The notes beneath the pieces were generated by a model. That model saw only the letters and a program-made list of their open reading frames with translations, made no database searches and had not been told where the DNA came from. Positions 63,271-64,000 of a stretch of DNA of 64,000 nucleotides are shown here, one piece after another. The stretch comes from Heterodontus francisci. Taxonomy: Eukaryota. Where the stretch lies: positions 61,443,247 to 61,507,246 of the forward strand of contig NC_090392.1 in NCBI RefSeq assembly GCF_036365525.1, in the 5' to 3' direction. How positions within the stretch are numbered: the stretch's first letter is position 1; each line of letters starts with the position of its first letter. Both the position numbers and the translations under genes were made by a program.

Positions 63271-64000
63271 GAGAGAAACTGGATTGGAGAAGCACAATTG
63301 GAGAAGCACAATTGCCGGCTGCCAGTTTCAGTGGCGTAGAGGCCCCCGCAGTTTTGAAGCCATGGTCTCATTTAAATTTGGCAGGGGAGCTGTGAGGCAC
63401 CAAGCAAATGTCCCAATGCAACTTGCTGGATTAAGGCCTCAAGATCAAGCAACAGGGAGGTAAATTTTGCGTTGGGGGAGGCAGTCACAATTATAGAGGG
63501 TGAAGAGTCCTGGGGTGGCAGTGGCCTTATTTAAGTCATAGAATCCTGAATTGCCAATTAAAAGCTGACTAGGACCTGAAGCAGGCAGATGCTTTGGACA
63601 CCCGGTGGTAGGCCCCTTTCAAATTCGACAGCTGTGTTATTGGGGTGATAAAGCTACCAACCCCATTTTGAGTGTGTTACCACCCAGTTAGCGACAGAAA
63701 CTCGACCCCGGCATGAATGTCAGCCATCACTTCACCATCAGAGAGGATGAATCACTAACCCAGGCTGCTCTCAAGTACTTCCTAATGATTGGCCTCAGAC
63801 CAGTGCTGGTAGAGTTAAGAAAGCAGATTACTCAGCTATTTCCTTGGTGAAGGATGGTGTGTGGTATAACCAGACCCAATAAAGTGGCTATGGGAAACAT
63901 CTTAAAAGGTGTGAAACTTACTCTCAAAAAATGGCAAATAGTCCAAAATAGTAACATGTTCAGCCTTTTTATGTATTTATGTATTGAACATTTTATTTAA

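Noticed and set aside
63287-63314. 14-bp tandem duplication
   Set aside because: Ordinary slippage duplication at a repeat junction.

Overview
Eukaryotic, repeat-rich vertebrate DNA, most likely from a cartilaginous fish (HE1/V-SINEs, a Deu-domain SINE and abundant HER1/CR1-type LINEs). There are no prokaryotic features. Main contents: (1) a young 4.7-kb, internally deleted, tRNA-Pro-primed class I (gamma/epsilon-like) endogenous retrovirus at 7312-12029 (minus strand). It has near-identical 564-bp LTRs, an ATCA target-site duplication (TSD), gag, integrase and env remnants, a 37-bp leader tandem array carrying splice-donor motifs, and two extra internal PPT+TG junctions. (2) A full-length but decayed two-gene PIF/Harbinger transposon (20500-24452) plus about eight MITEs with related termini. 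(3) A Penelope-like element (44515-48135) and short Penelope derivatives carrying minimal hammerhead ribozyme motifs, one of which is chimeric. (4) Many CR1, L2 and RTE LINE pieces, SINEs, a solo LTR and a hAT-type MITE. (5) Two phase-compatible exons (60284-60405 and 52694-52917, minus strand) encoding the C-terminus of a host protein I cannot name, ending in a PDZ-binding-like motif (ATQL). Most ORF-track entries are chance or antisense ORFs. I found no clearly new biological system; the best leads are the mosaic ERV, the chimeric Penelope insert and the unidentified gene. All calls were made by eye, without database searches, and boundaries not pinned by a TSD or splice site are approximate.
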